A DNA stretch of 64,000 nt, from NCBI GenBank assembly GCA_963813715.1, contig CAWFAK010000009.1, positions 480,001 through 544,000 of the forward strand, read 5' to 3'. This stretch comes from an uncultured Planctomycetaceae bacterium (GTDB lineage: Bacteria > Planctomycetota > Planctomycetia > Planctomycetales > Planctomycetaceae). The notes under the pieces were generated by a model, which searched no databases, was not told the DNA's origin, and saw only the letters and a program-made list of their open reading frames with translations. The position numbers and the translations under genes are program-made. Position 1 is the first letter of the stretch, and every line of letters begins with the position of its first letter. Shown here piece by piece: positions 32,610 through 41,294 of the stretch.

Positions 32610-33536
32610 GTGATCGAGACCCGCAAGCTGACCAAGCGCTACGGCAACCTGATCGCCGCCAACGAAATCGACCTCAAGCTCGATGATGGCGATGTCTTCG
32701 GGTTCATCGGTCCCAACGGATCGGGCAAAACCACGACGATGCGGATGATCGCCACGCTGCTCAACCCCGACTACGGCGAGGCCTACGTCTGCGGCAAGTC
32801 GATCTATACCGACCCGCAGGAAATCCGCCGCCTGGTCGGCTACATGCCCGACTTCTTCGGCGTGTACGACGACATGACGGTGATGGAGTATCTCGAGTTC
32901 TTCGCCTCGGCCTATCGCATCAACGGCTCATCGCGGCGGAAAGTGTGCGAGGAAAAACTCGAGCTGGTCGACATGTCGTTCAAGCGCGATGCGATGGTCA
33001 ACCAGCTCTCTCGCGGACAGACGCAACGCATCGGCCTGGCCCGCACGCTCCTGCACGAGCCGCAGGTGCTCCTGCTCGACGAACCGGCGAGCGGCCTCGA
33101 CCCGCGGGCCCGCATTGAAATCCGCAACCTGCTCAAGCGGCTGGGCGAGCTCAACAAGACGATCATCGTCTCTAGCCACATCCTCCCCGAGCTGGCCGAC
33201 GTCTGCACGCGGGTCGGCATGATCGAGAAGGGACACATGATCGTCGACGGTTATGTCGACGAAGTCATGCGGAAGGCCCGCGAAGCACTGATGCTGCACA
33301 TCCGCGTCACCGGCGACCCCGACCCGGCCGCCAGGCTGCTCGAGCAGTGCGACGGAGTGCGGACCGTCGCCATCAAAAACGGCCTGATCATGGCCACGCT
33401 CAAAAAGGACACGTTCGACTACAGCGAACTGCCGACCCGCCTGCTCGAAGCCGGCTTCAAGATCAAGCTCTTCCGCGAGGAAGAGGTCAACCTCGAGACG
33501 GCCTTCATGGAACTGACGAAGGGCAAGCAGCAGTAG
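32610..33536 (+). CDS. ABC transporter ATP-binding protein
   Basis: GPNGSGKTT Walker A, LSRGQ signature, LLLDEP; GTG start after GAGGA. Confidence 0.93.
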   Translation: MIETRKLTKRYGNLIAANEIDLKLDDGDVFGFIGPNGSGKTTTMRMIATLLNPDYGEAYVCGKSIYTDPQEIRRLVGYMPDFFGVYDDMTVMEYLEFFASAYRINGSSRRKVCEEKLELVDMSFKRDAMVNQLSRGQTQRIGLARTLLHEPQVLLLDEPASGLDPRARIEIRNLLKRLGELNKTIIVSSHILPELADVCTRVGMIEKGHMIVDGYVDEVMRKAREALMLHIRVTGDPDPAARLLEQCDGVRTVAIKNGLIMATLKKDTFDYSELPTRLLEAGFKIKLFREEEVNLETAFMELTKGKQQ

Positions 33537-33564
33537 AGCCGGTTGCGCGCGACGGTAGTTCCGA

Positions 33565-33939
33565 GGGTGACACTGGCGGCTTGTCCGCCAGTGTTTTGAG
33601 CTGTTCGCGGCTGGCGACGAAATCAGTGGTGCGTCTATCGCAGAATTGCGTCTTTCGCAGAATGTCGGGTGCCATGTCCACTGGTTTCGGTGGGCATGCG
33701 CAACCGGAGCGGAAAACATGCCCACGCCAAGCGAGTTTATCCGTCAGGTGCTGCGCGAGAAAAAGGAACGCCTGGAGGCGGCCCGGATTCGGGACGCAAT
33801 TATCCAGGGTTATCAGGACGCAATCGCTGGCCGCACGGTCATCTATCGAGGCAACTTGCGTCGCTTGCTGAAGAAGGTGCCCGAATTGAGTGCCGCAACC
33901 GGCTTTCAGACACTGGCGGACAAGCCGCCAGTGCCACCC
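33565..33939. repeat. Inverted pair of family B palindromes (GGTGGCACTGGCGGCTTGTCCGCCAGTG) bracketing a small gene remnant
   Basis: gggtgacactggcggcttgtccgccagtgt (33565-33594) and acactggcggacaagccgccagtgccaccc (33910-33939). Confidence 0.85.
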
Positions 33940-33951
33940 GAGGAACGCTAG
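33718..33951 (+). pseudogene. 5'-truncated ParD-like ribbon-helix-helix antitoxin remnant; C-terminus reads through the REP
   Basis: TPSEFIRQVLREKKERLEAARIRDAIIQGYQD resembles the SE.IR..LR helix of ParD-type antitoxins; N-terminal strand absent; no toxin adjacent. Confidence 0.5.
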
Positions 33952-34404
33952 CGTCCTGCCGCTTTCTCGTTCCGCAGCACCATGCAGGTCGAGCTGAGCT
34001 TGGCCACGACCCGCTGGCGTTCGTCGGTCACGTCGCACTCCACGTAGCCGACGGTGCGGCCGCGGTGGACGACGTGGGCTTCGGCTTTCAAGAGGGCGTT
34101 CCAGACCGGTCGCAGGAAATTGATTCGCAGGTCGACCGTGGTGAACGTTTCCCCTTCGCGCAGCGTGGAGGCGAAGGCGTAGCCCATCGCGGCGTCGCCG
34201 ATGTCGCAGAGAATGCCGCCGTGCAGCGTGCCCATCGGGTTGGCGTGTTGCGGGCCGGCTTGCAGCGTCATCACGGCGCGGCCGTCGCCTCCGGAGGTGA
34301 TCTCAAAACCGACCAGCTCGGCCACCGGCGCGTGGGGGCAGGGGACGTGGCGGCCGTTCGGCGGGAGTCTCGTTCGAACCGCTTTCTTCCGAACCGGGGC
34401 TCAT
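33948..34404 (-). CDS. PaaI-family thioesterase (5' frameshift)
   Basis: HANPMGTLHGGILCDIGDAAMG, DLRINFLRPV. Confidence 0.88.
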
Positions 34405-34576
34405 CGCCGGTGTCTTTCTTCGCGTCGGGGGTGAAGGGACGTTTCGAGATGCGGGCCGCCGGGCAGAATTACCTATGCAGAATTGCCTGCGCAGAATTGT
34501 CGGATCGGCGACGCGCATGTTCTGCAAGCGGAATAGTGTATCGCTCGAGGTTGGCCTCTTTTCGCGGAGGTGATTT

Positions 34577-35389
34577 GTGGGTGTGCCGCTGCTCTTGGTC
34601 GATGCGTTTACCGACGGCCCGTTTTCCGGCAACCCGGCGGCCGTCTGCCTGCTGCCGGCGTGGCGGGACGATCGCTGGCTGCAGAGCCTGGCGGCCGAAA
34701 TGAAGCATTCGGAGACGGCCTACCTCGTGCGAAACGCCGACGGCTTCGATCTCCGCTGGTTTACGCCGGCCATCGAAGTCGCGTTATGCGGCCACGCCAC
34801 GCTGGCCTCGGCCCACGCGCTCTGGGAGCAGGGCGTGGTGCCCGGCGGACGCGGTGATTCGCTTTGCCACCAAGAGCGGCACGCTGACGGCCACTCCCCG
34901 CAACGGCCGGATCGAGCTCGACTTCCCCCTCAATCCGGAAGAGACCGTCGAGCCGCCGGCCGAGCTGTTGCCCGCGCTCGGCGTTACGGCCCGCTACGTC
35001 GGCAAGAGCCGCTTCGATTACCTCGTCGAAGTCGAGTCCGAGGCGATCGTGCGAAAAATGACGCCCGATTTCCGGCGGCTGGCGAGCGCTCCCGTTCGCG
35101 GCACGATCGTCACCAGCCGTTCGAGCCGACCCGCGGTTCGATTTCGTCTCGCGGTTCTTCGCCCCGGCCGCGGGCATCGACGAGGACCCAGTCACCGGCT
35201 CGGCCCATTGCTGCCTGGCCGCGTACTGGCAGAAACGGCTGGGCAAGAACGAGTTCGTCGCGTACCAGGCGTCGCCCCGCGGCGGTATCGTGCACGTTCG
35301 CGTCGTTGACGATCGGGTGCTGCTTGGGCGGCCAGGCCGTCACCGTGCTCAAGGGCGAACTGAGCGGCCGCACGGTCGAAAGCGGGTAG
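34577..35389 (+). CDS. PhzF-family isomerase (frameshifted)
   Basis: [47 protein letters not shown] in an alternative frame. Confidence 0.85.
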   Translation: MGVPLLLVDAFTDGPFSGNPAAVCLLPAWRDDRWLQSLAAEMKHSETAYLVRNADGFDLRWFTPAIEVALCGHATLASAHALWEQGVVPGGRGDSLCHQERHADGHSPQRPDRARLPPQSGRDRRAAGRAVARARRYGPLRRQEPLRLPRRSRVRGDRAKNDARFPAAGERSRSRHDRHQPFEPTRGSISSRGSSPRPRASTRTQSPARPIAAWPRTGRNGWARTSSSRTRRRPAAVSCTFASLTIGCCLGGQAVTVLKGELSGRTVESG

Positions 35390-35419
35390 GCGCTGAGGCG
35401 AAAGCCCGGACTAGCCGGG

Positions 35420-36628
35420 GTGTCAGGGGGATTGAACGTGACTTCACCGGCCACAGAAATTCTTCCCGATGGGACGCCTATTCTGGACCGGGAGGCCCCG
35501 CTTCCTCCCCGAGCCGTGCCCGGTTCAGGCTTGAACGTGGTGCTGGCGGTCTGGTCTGGCATTGTCCTCATCGTTGTGGCTAGTTGGCTCCTCGATCGCC
35601 CGCCGATTCTGCGCCGCTGGTTCGAGACGGTTCTTCGCCCTTGGTTCTTGGAGCAGAGGGCAGGAATAGGGATCGTCGGGCTTGTCCTTTCGGCGCTCGC
35701 GGCGTTTTACGCGATGCTTGTCATTCACGAGCTGGGACATCTGATCGCGGGATTGTGCGTGGGCTTTCGTTGCCGGTCCTTTCGGGTCGGGCCGGTGCTG
35801 GTCGACCGTCCGTTGCGGGTGTCGTTCTATCGAGGGCCGGGCGCGGTCGTTCAAGGCGTCGCTGAGCTGGTTCCCGGCGTCACCGACAAGCTCGCCTGGC
35901 GCGGCGTGGCAATGGTGGCGGGCGGACCGGTCGCGAACTTTCTGACCGCGATGGTCGTGCTGCTGTTGCCCTTTCCGTTCACCGCCTTTTCCGGATTGCT
36001 CATTGCGTTCTCGATTGCAAATGGCGTGAGTGACCTGGTCCCGTTTGAAAGCCGCTTAGGTGTTTCCGACGGCCGACGAATCTGGATGCTGTTGCGGCAA
36101 CCCGAGTGCGGCGAACGCTGGCTCGCGCTGTTGCGTCTGGGTGGCGAACTGGCCGACGGCGTGCTGCCGGAATCGCTTTCCGCCGACTTCCTGGCCAAAG
36201 CCATCGTGGTGCGTGACGCTTCGTCGGACACTGTGAAAGCGTATGCGATGGCCTTCTCGGCAGCCTTTCATCAGCACCAGGACAGCGATGCGGCTCATCG
36301 GCTGGAGACGTGCCTGACGTATTCCGACTCTGCCACGCCCGTGTTGCGCGAAGCGCTGATGAGCGAGGCTGCCGTCTTTCAGGCGAGGAGGCGGAGGCGC
36401 GCCGAGCTGGCGGAACAATGGCTCGCCGGTATCCCGGTCAACACGCCGCACCGGTGGTTTCGGTCCCGAGCCGAGGCCGCCATCCTGGAGGCCAAAGGCG
36501 ACATCAACGGGGCGCTGAATAAACTGGCCGAGACCGAGACGGCGATGCTCGCGCTCCCCAAGAATGCACAGCGCGAGACATCCCTCCGATTGCTCGACAG
36601 GTGGAAGGCCGATTTGCGCCCTGCTTGA
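35420..36628 (+). CDS. M50-family (site-2-protease-like) membrane metallopeptidase with C-terminal helical domain
   Basis: HELGH, AGGPVAN, SDG motif, several TM helices. Confidence 0.75.
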   Translation: MSGGLNVTSPATEILPDGTPILDREAPLPPRAVPGSGLNVVLAVWSGIVLIVVASWLLDRPPILRRWFETVLRPWFLEQRAGIGIVGLVLSALAAFYAMLVIHELGHLIAGLCVGFRCRSFRVGPVLVDRPLRVSFYRGPGAVVQGVAELVPGVTDKLAWRGVAMVAGGPVANFLTAMVVLLLPFPFTAFSGLLIAFSIANGVSDLVPFESRLGVSDGRRIWMLLRQPECGERWLALLRLGGELADGVLPESLSADFLAKAIVVRDASSDTVKAYAMAFSAAFHQHQDSDAAHRLETCLTYSDSATPVLREALMSEAAVFQARRRRRAELAEQWLAGIPVNTPHRWFRSRAEAAILEAKGDINGALNKLAETETAMLALPKNAQRETSLRLLDRWKADLRPA

Positions 36629-36640
36629 GCGCGCCGGCGA

Positions 36641-38068
36641 TCAGTCGCCGTTGAGACCGCTGTCGGTGAGCTTTTGTCGCAGCGTGGCGCGGTGGATGCC
36701 CAGCACCTTGGCGGCCGCGGCGCGGTTGCCGCCGCACCGTGCGAGGACCGCTTTGAGCAGCGGCGGTTCGACGACGCGGAGGAATCGTTCGAGCAGATCG
36801 CCGCCGGTGGACATCGGCTGCGTCGCGCTCGGCTTCTCGGTCGAGTTGCTCGGTCGTCCAGTTCGCTGTGGCGAGTTGTAATTCCTCGGCCGACGTGCGG
36901 ACGACTTTGGCGGACGTGGCTGAGGCGGGGGCGAAGTGATCGGCCTCGATCTCGCCGCCGCGGGCCATGAGGGCCGCGCGCTCGACGGCGTTTCGCAGCT
37001 CGCGGACGTTGCCCGGCCAGCGGCGTGAGGCCAGTTCGGCCAGGGCGCCCGCGGACAAATCGGGCGTTCGTCCGTCGCCGGTCGCTGTTCGCAAAAAGGC
37101 CCGAGCCAAGAGCGGAATGTCTTCGACCCGCTCGCGGAGGGGCGGCACGTGAATGTGGAATACGCCGAGCCGATAGAAGAGGTCCTCGCGGAACTCGCCT
37201 TGCGCGACCAAGCTCGCCGAGCGCCCGATGCGTGGCGGCCAGCACGCGAAAATCGGTGCGGCGGGCCCGCGCGTCGCCCACCGGCGTCACTTCGTGCTGC
37301 TCGATGGCCCGCAACAATTTCACTTGCACGGGGAGCGGCACGTCGCCGATTTCGTCCAAGAACACGGTGCCGCCGTCGGCCAGCTCGAGCAGACCTTGCC
37401 GCGCCTGCTCGGCCCCCGTGAACGCGCCGCGGACGTGGCCGAACAGCTCGCTCTCGATCACGCCCTCGCTGAGCGCGGCCAGACACGTCGGCAGAAACGG
37501 AGCGTCCTTGCGGCGGCTGTGCCGATGAATGGCCTGGGCGACCAGCTCCTTGCCGGTGCCGCTTTCGCCCGTGATCAGCACGGGAACATCGGACGGAGCG
37601 ACGAGCGCGATCTGCTTGAAGACCGCCTGCATCGCGGGGGACGTGCCGATGAAGATTTCGGACACGCTGGCGGGTTCTTCCGCCGCCGGCTCGGCAGCGA
37701 TGGCCATCGGAACGCCGCAGCGCCCGCCGCAGCACGTCGCAAATCTGCTCGAGGTCGAAGGGTTTCGTCAGATAGTCGTAGGCCCCTTCTTCCAGCGCGC
37801 GGACGGCCGTGTCGAGATTGCCGAACGCCGTGATCACGATGATCGGCGCGGGGCCGATGCGGCGACGCAAATCCTGAATCGTCGACAGCCCGTCCCGCCC
37901 GGGCAAACGGACGTCGAGCACGACGGCATCGGGCACCGACCGGTCGGCCAGCTCGAGCGCCTCTTCGGCCGACGACGCCACGCTCACGTCGTAGCCCTCG
38001 TCGGTCAAGAGCTCGCGAAAGCCCCAGCAAATGCTCGGCTCGTCGTCGACGATCAACACGTGGCTCAT
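36641..38068 (-). CDS. Sigma-54-dependent response regulator (NtrC family), frameshifted
   Basis: VLIVDDE, GESGTGKE, GAFTGA, FREDLFYRL, WPGNVREL, GNRAAAAKVLGIHRATLRQKL across three frames. Confidence 0.87.
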   Translation of the reverse strand: MSHVLIVDDEPSICWGFRELLTDEGYDVSVASSAEEALELADRSVPDAVVLDVRLPGRDGLSTIQDLRRRIGPAPIIVITAFGNLDTAVRALEEGAYDYLTKPFDLEQICDVLRRALRRSDGHRCRAGGGRTRQRVRNLHRHVPRDAGGLQADRARRSVRCSRADHGRKRHRQGAGRPGHSSAQPPQGRSVSADVSGRAQRGRDRERAVRPRPRRVHGGRAGAARSARAGRRRHRVLGRNRRRAAPRASEIVAGHRAARSDAGGRRAGPPHRFSRAGRHASGARRAWSRKASSARTSSIGSAYSTFTCRPSASGSKTFRSWLGPFCEQRPATDERPICPRAPWPNWPHAAGRATSASCETPSSARPSWPAAARSRPITSPPPQPRPPKSSARRPRNYNSPQRTGRPSNSTEKPSATQPMSTGGDLLERFLRVVEPPLLKAVLARCGGNRAAAAKVLGIHRATLRQKLTDSGLNGD

Positions 38069-38069
38069 G

Positions 38070-39575
38070 TCAGTCTCGCACGGAGTTCTCGGCCGCGGCC
38101 CGGCTCTCGCCCTGAGGCGAGACGGCGGCAACCGTTGTGGAGAGATGCGTTTCGCGCTCGGTCGCGGCTTCAGTCATGGCGATCGGCCGCGCACGTTCGG
38201 CCGGAGGCGATGTCGGACGCTCGGCCGCCAGCGACATCGTGAATTGCGTTTGTCCGTCGACTCGTGCGAACGTCAGGCTGCCGCCGTGCTCTTCGGCCGC
38301 CGCCTTCGCCAGCGCGAGCCCGAGGCCGATGCCTTCCGGCTTGGACGTGATAAAAGGCTCGAACATTGACGAGTGCAACGACTCGGGCGGACCGCTGCCC
38401 GAATCGGCGACGTGAATCTGCACGTGGGGTCCGGTCCGCTCGGTCGACAGCCGCACGCGTCCGCTGCTGCCGGCCGCCTGCACGCCGTTGAGAACGAGGT
38501 TCAAGAGCCCGGCTCGCACGCTGTGGGCGTTGGCGACGGTGGGATCGTCATCGGCCGCGGGTGGCTCGCACTCCCAGGCGACGTGTCCGTGCCGCGCCGC
38601 GGGCGCGACGAGCCGATCGACCTCCGCCACAATTCGTGAGAGTGGCTGCGCGACGGGGGGCTGCTGTTCCGGCTTGCCCAGCGAGAGGAAGCCGCGAACC
38701 TGCTCTTCCGTGAGCGACAATTGCCGCAGGGCCACGTCGAGGCTTTCGTCGTGCTGTCGCGGACAGCGGCGCTGATGCAGCTGCACGGCCATCCGCGCGC
38801 CGGTCACCGAGTTGCGGAGCTGATGAGCCAGGCCGCCGGCGAGTTGTGCGAGCAAGCGCAACCGCTCGGTGCGGGCGATTTCTTCCTGGTTCGAGGCGAG
38901 CCGGTCGGAGAGTCGATTGGCGGACAAGATGAGGTCATAGATTTCGTCGAGCGGCCGCTGTGCGTCAACGTGGCCGAAATGACCATCGGCCAGCCGGGCG
39001 AACAGTCCCTGCACGGCTTCGATCCGCCGCGCCAACCGCTGCGACAGCCAGGCCGAGACGGCCACCATCAGCAAGATGGTCACGCCGCCGATTGCCAAAG
39101 GCGGCCAGGCCGCCGCCCACTGCGCTTGCCACAAGTTCGACTTGGGATAGAGCACCAACAGCGAGTGCACGCCCGCGTTGGCGTGACCTTTTAATACGGC
39201 CAGGTAATAAGGTTGGCCGCCGACGCCGATCACCTGGAAATCTTCCAGGCGAGTGGGCGGACCGGTGACGGGCAGGCGGGCGGGCAGATCGCTCGCGCGG
39301 ACCGACGTGCCGAGCGTCGAGGTGACGATGGCGCCGCGCTCGTCGAGCGCCACATACTCGGCGCCGGAGAGGCCCCGCATCTTGGTGAGCACGTTTTCGG
39401 TGAAGGGGAAGCTCGCGTCGTTCAGCGTCGCCACGACCCGTTCGACGCGCTCCATCCGTTCGCGGCTGCTGCGCCTCGCGGCGACGGCCGCCAACAGCAC
39501 GGCAATCGAGGCGATCGCCACCAACAGGAGCGTCGCGACGGGCAGAAAAATTTGATTGCGGATCGGCCAGCGCAT
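38070..39575 (-). CDS. Membrane HAMP sensor histidine kinase
   Basis: Two TM helices, GGLAHQLRN, NLVLNG, DSGSG, GIGLGL. Confidence 0.9.
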   Translation of the reverse strand: MRWPIRNQIFLPVATLLLVAIASIAVLLAAVAARRSSRERMERVERVVATLNDASFPFTENVLTKMRGLSGAEYVALDERGAIVTSTLGTSVRASDLPARLPVTGPPTRLEDFQVIGVGGQPYYLAVLKGHANAGVHSLLVLYPKSNLWQAQWAAAWPPLAIGGVTILLMVAVSAWLSQRLARRIEAVQGLFARLADGHFGHVDAQRPLDEIYDLILSANRLSDRLASNQEEIARTERLRLLAQLAGGLAHQLRNSVTGARMAVQLHQRRCPRQHDESLDVALRQLSLTEEQVRGFLSLGKPEQQPPVAQPLSRIVAEVDRLVAPAARHGHVAWECEPPAADDDPTVANAHSVRAGLLNLVLNGVQAAGSSGRVRLSTERTGPHVQIHVADSGSGPPESLHSSMFEPFITSKPEGIGLGLALAKAAAEEHGGSLTFARVDGQTQFTMSLAAERPTSPPAERARPIAMTEAATERETHLSTTVAAVSPQGESRAAAENSVRD

Positions 39576-39900
39576 CTAATAGTCGATGTGGCGTGTGACG
39601 TCGTGCACTTGGCAGGGGGCGGCTTGGTTTCATCATAGTGCTGCCGAGTGCGTCTGCACACGGGCGGAAGCCGGCCGACGCTGACGATTTTTCTGCCTCG
39701 CGCGGCGGAAAAAGCACCCCCGGAACGCGTCGGTCGCGCAAAAGAGCGGCTTTCCGAACGGTCGAACCCCGCGGCACGCCATTTGTTACGTGATGGGTGG
39801 AGAGCTGCCCTCTGTCGAATCGTTGGCTCGATTCGTCCCCGTGACGCGTGATCCCCGCGTCGTCCATAGTGTGATCCAAAACGGCGATACGGTCGGCAAC

Positions 39901-40179
39901 ATGAGCCCCGCCAAACGAACGATGACCGGTGTCGGACGCCTGCTGGGCCTGGCGTGTCTCGCGCTGTTGGCGAGCGTCGCTTTGAGCGGCTGCGGCAGCA
40001 AGCCCGGCTATCCGACCGCTAAGCCCGTCGCCGTGCTCGATCAGCCGGGTGAGTGCGCCTATTGCCGCAAGAAGATCGAGCGGGTCACCGAAGACAACCT
40101 GCTGACGTACGATGGCGTGCAGTACATCGTGTGCAGCGAAGAATGTGCGGCGAAGCAGAAAATCGCCGCCGACCGTTAG
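39901..40179 (+). CDS. Small lipoprotein with TRASH/YHS-like Cys motif
   Basis: Lipobox LSGC; CAYC...YDGVQYIVCSEEC. Confidence 0.7.
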   Translation: MSPAKRTMTGVGRLLGLACLALLASVALSGCGSKPGYPTAKPVAVLDQPGECAYCRKKIERVTEDNLLTYDGVQYIVCSEECAAKQKIAADR

Positions 40180-40193
40180 CAAAAGGGCCCTTG

Positions 40194-41159
40194 ATGCGCA
40201 GGCGAGTTGGTTTCACCCTGATCGAACTGTTGGTCGTCATCGCGATTATCGCCGTGCTGATCTCGCTGCTCTTGCCGGCAGTGCAGGCGGCCCGCGAAGC
40301 CGCGCGACGGACGCAGTGTCGCAACAACATCAAGCAGTTCGTGCTGGCGCTGCACAACTATCACGAAACCAACCACATGCTGCCGCCCGGCCACCTGGAA
40401 ACGGGCATGGAGAATCCGCTCCCCGGACAGCCCTCGGGGCAGCACCAGATCGGCTGGTTGACCTACATCTTGCCGCAGTTGGAGCAGCAGGCGCTCTACA
40501 AGATGATTCCGTTCAACGAAATCAATTTCAGCCTCAACATCAACAAGAACACGTACTTTCTTCCGGCGGCCGGACACGTGGTCGGCATGTTCATTTGCCC
40601 CAGCGATCCGATGAAGCTCGTGAACCTGGCGACGGCGCCCGCCAACTACATGGCCAATCAAGGGATCAATTGCATGTGCGAGTTCAGCACGTGCAGCGGC
40701 GTCTTCGGGCACAGCACGTTCACCAAGTTTGCCTGGATCACCGACGGCCTCTCCACGACGATCGCCGTCAGCGAAACGCTGCGGGGAGACAACAACGTGG
40801 CCACGCTGGGTGACAACTACATCTCGACCAGCTCGACGTCGGTCAACGCGCAGGACGTAACCACCTGCCAGTCGCTCGCCCCGAATGCGTCGGACCGAGG
40901 CCTTTCGTGGATCGGCGGACAGCCGCAGTACAACATGTTCAGCACCAATCGCGTGCCGAACGACGTGTTGTACGACTGCCGAGCCCCGAACTACGGCTGC
41001 ACGAACATGGCGGCCCGCAGCGCGCATCCAATGGGCGTGGTCGTCGGCATGTGCGACGGCTCGGTGCAGTTCATGTCCCAAAACATCGACCTAACAACTT
41101 ATCAGGCGCTGGGCACCCGCAGCGGCGGCGAAATGGTCAACGCGAACAACGGCGATTAG
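40194..41159 (+). CDS. DUF1559 prepilin-type N-terminal cleavage/methylation protein with H-X9-DG motif
   Basis: GFTLIELLVVIAII..LLLPAVQAAREAARR.QC.NN.KQ; HPMGVVVGMCDGSV. Confidence 0.93.
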   Translation: MRRRVGFTLIELLVVIAIIAVLISLLLPAVQAAREAARRTQCRNNIKQFVLALHNYHETNHMLPPGHLETGMENPLPGQPSGQHQIGWLTYILPQLEQQALYKMIPFNEINFSLNINKNTYFLPAAGHVVGMFICPSDPMKLVNLATAPANYMANQGINCMCEFSTCSGVFGHSTFTKFAWITDGLSTTIAVSETLRGDNNVATLGDNYISTSSTSVNAQDVTTCQSLAPNASDRGLSWIGGQPQYNMFSTNRVPNDVLYDCRAPNYGCTNMAARSAHPMGVVVGMCDGSVQFMSQNIDLTTYQALGTRSGGEMVNANNGD

Positions 41160-41192
41160 TAGGCAATCCCGTCGCAATTTCGAGTTGAGCAG

Positions 41193-41282
41193 GATTTTCA
41201 CCACAAAGACACGAAGGCACGAAGAATTCTGAAATTCTGTTAGGGATTTACTTAGTGCCTTTGTGTCTTTGTGGTGAAAATC
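41193..41282. repeat. 32-bp inverted repeat (2 mismatches) with internal 8-bp periodicity, between convergent genes
   Basis: gattttcaccacaaagacacgaaggcacgaag ... cttagtgcctttgtgtctttgtggtgaaaatc. Confidence 0.88.
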
Positions 41283-41294
41283 TCCGTGTGCTTT

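Noticed and set aside
35386..35420. gtaggcgctgaggcgaaagcccggactagcc as another REP family
   Set aside because: Single degenerate occurrence with no second copy in the window
40194..41159. DUF1559 gene as a type IV pilus or T2SS locus
   Set aside because: No assembly genes nearby; this family is highly expanded and dispersed in Planctomycetes
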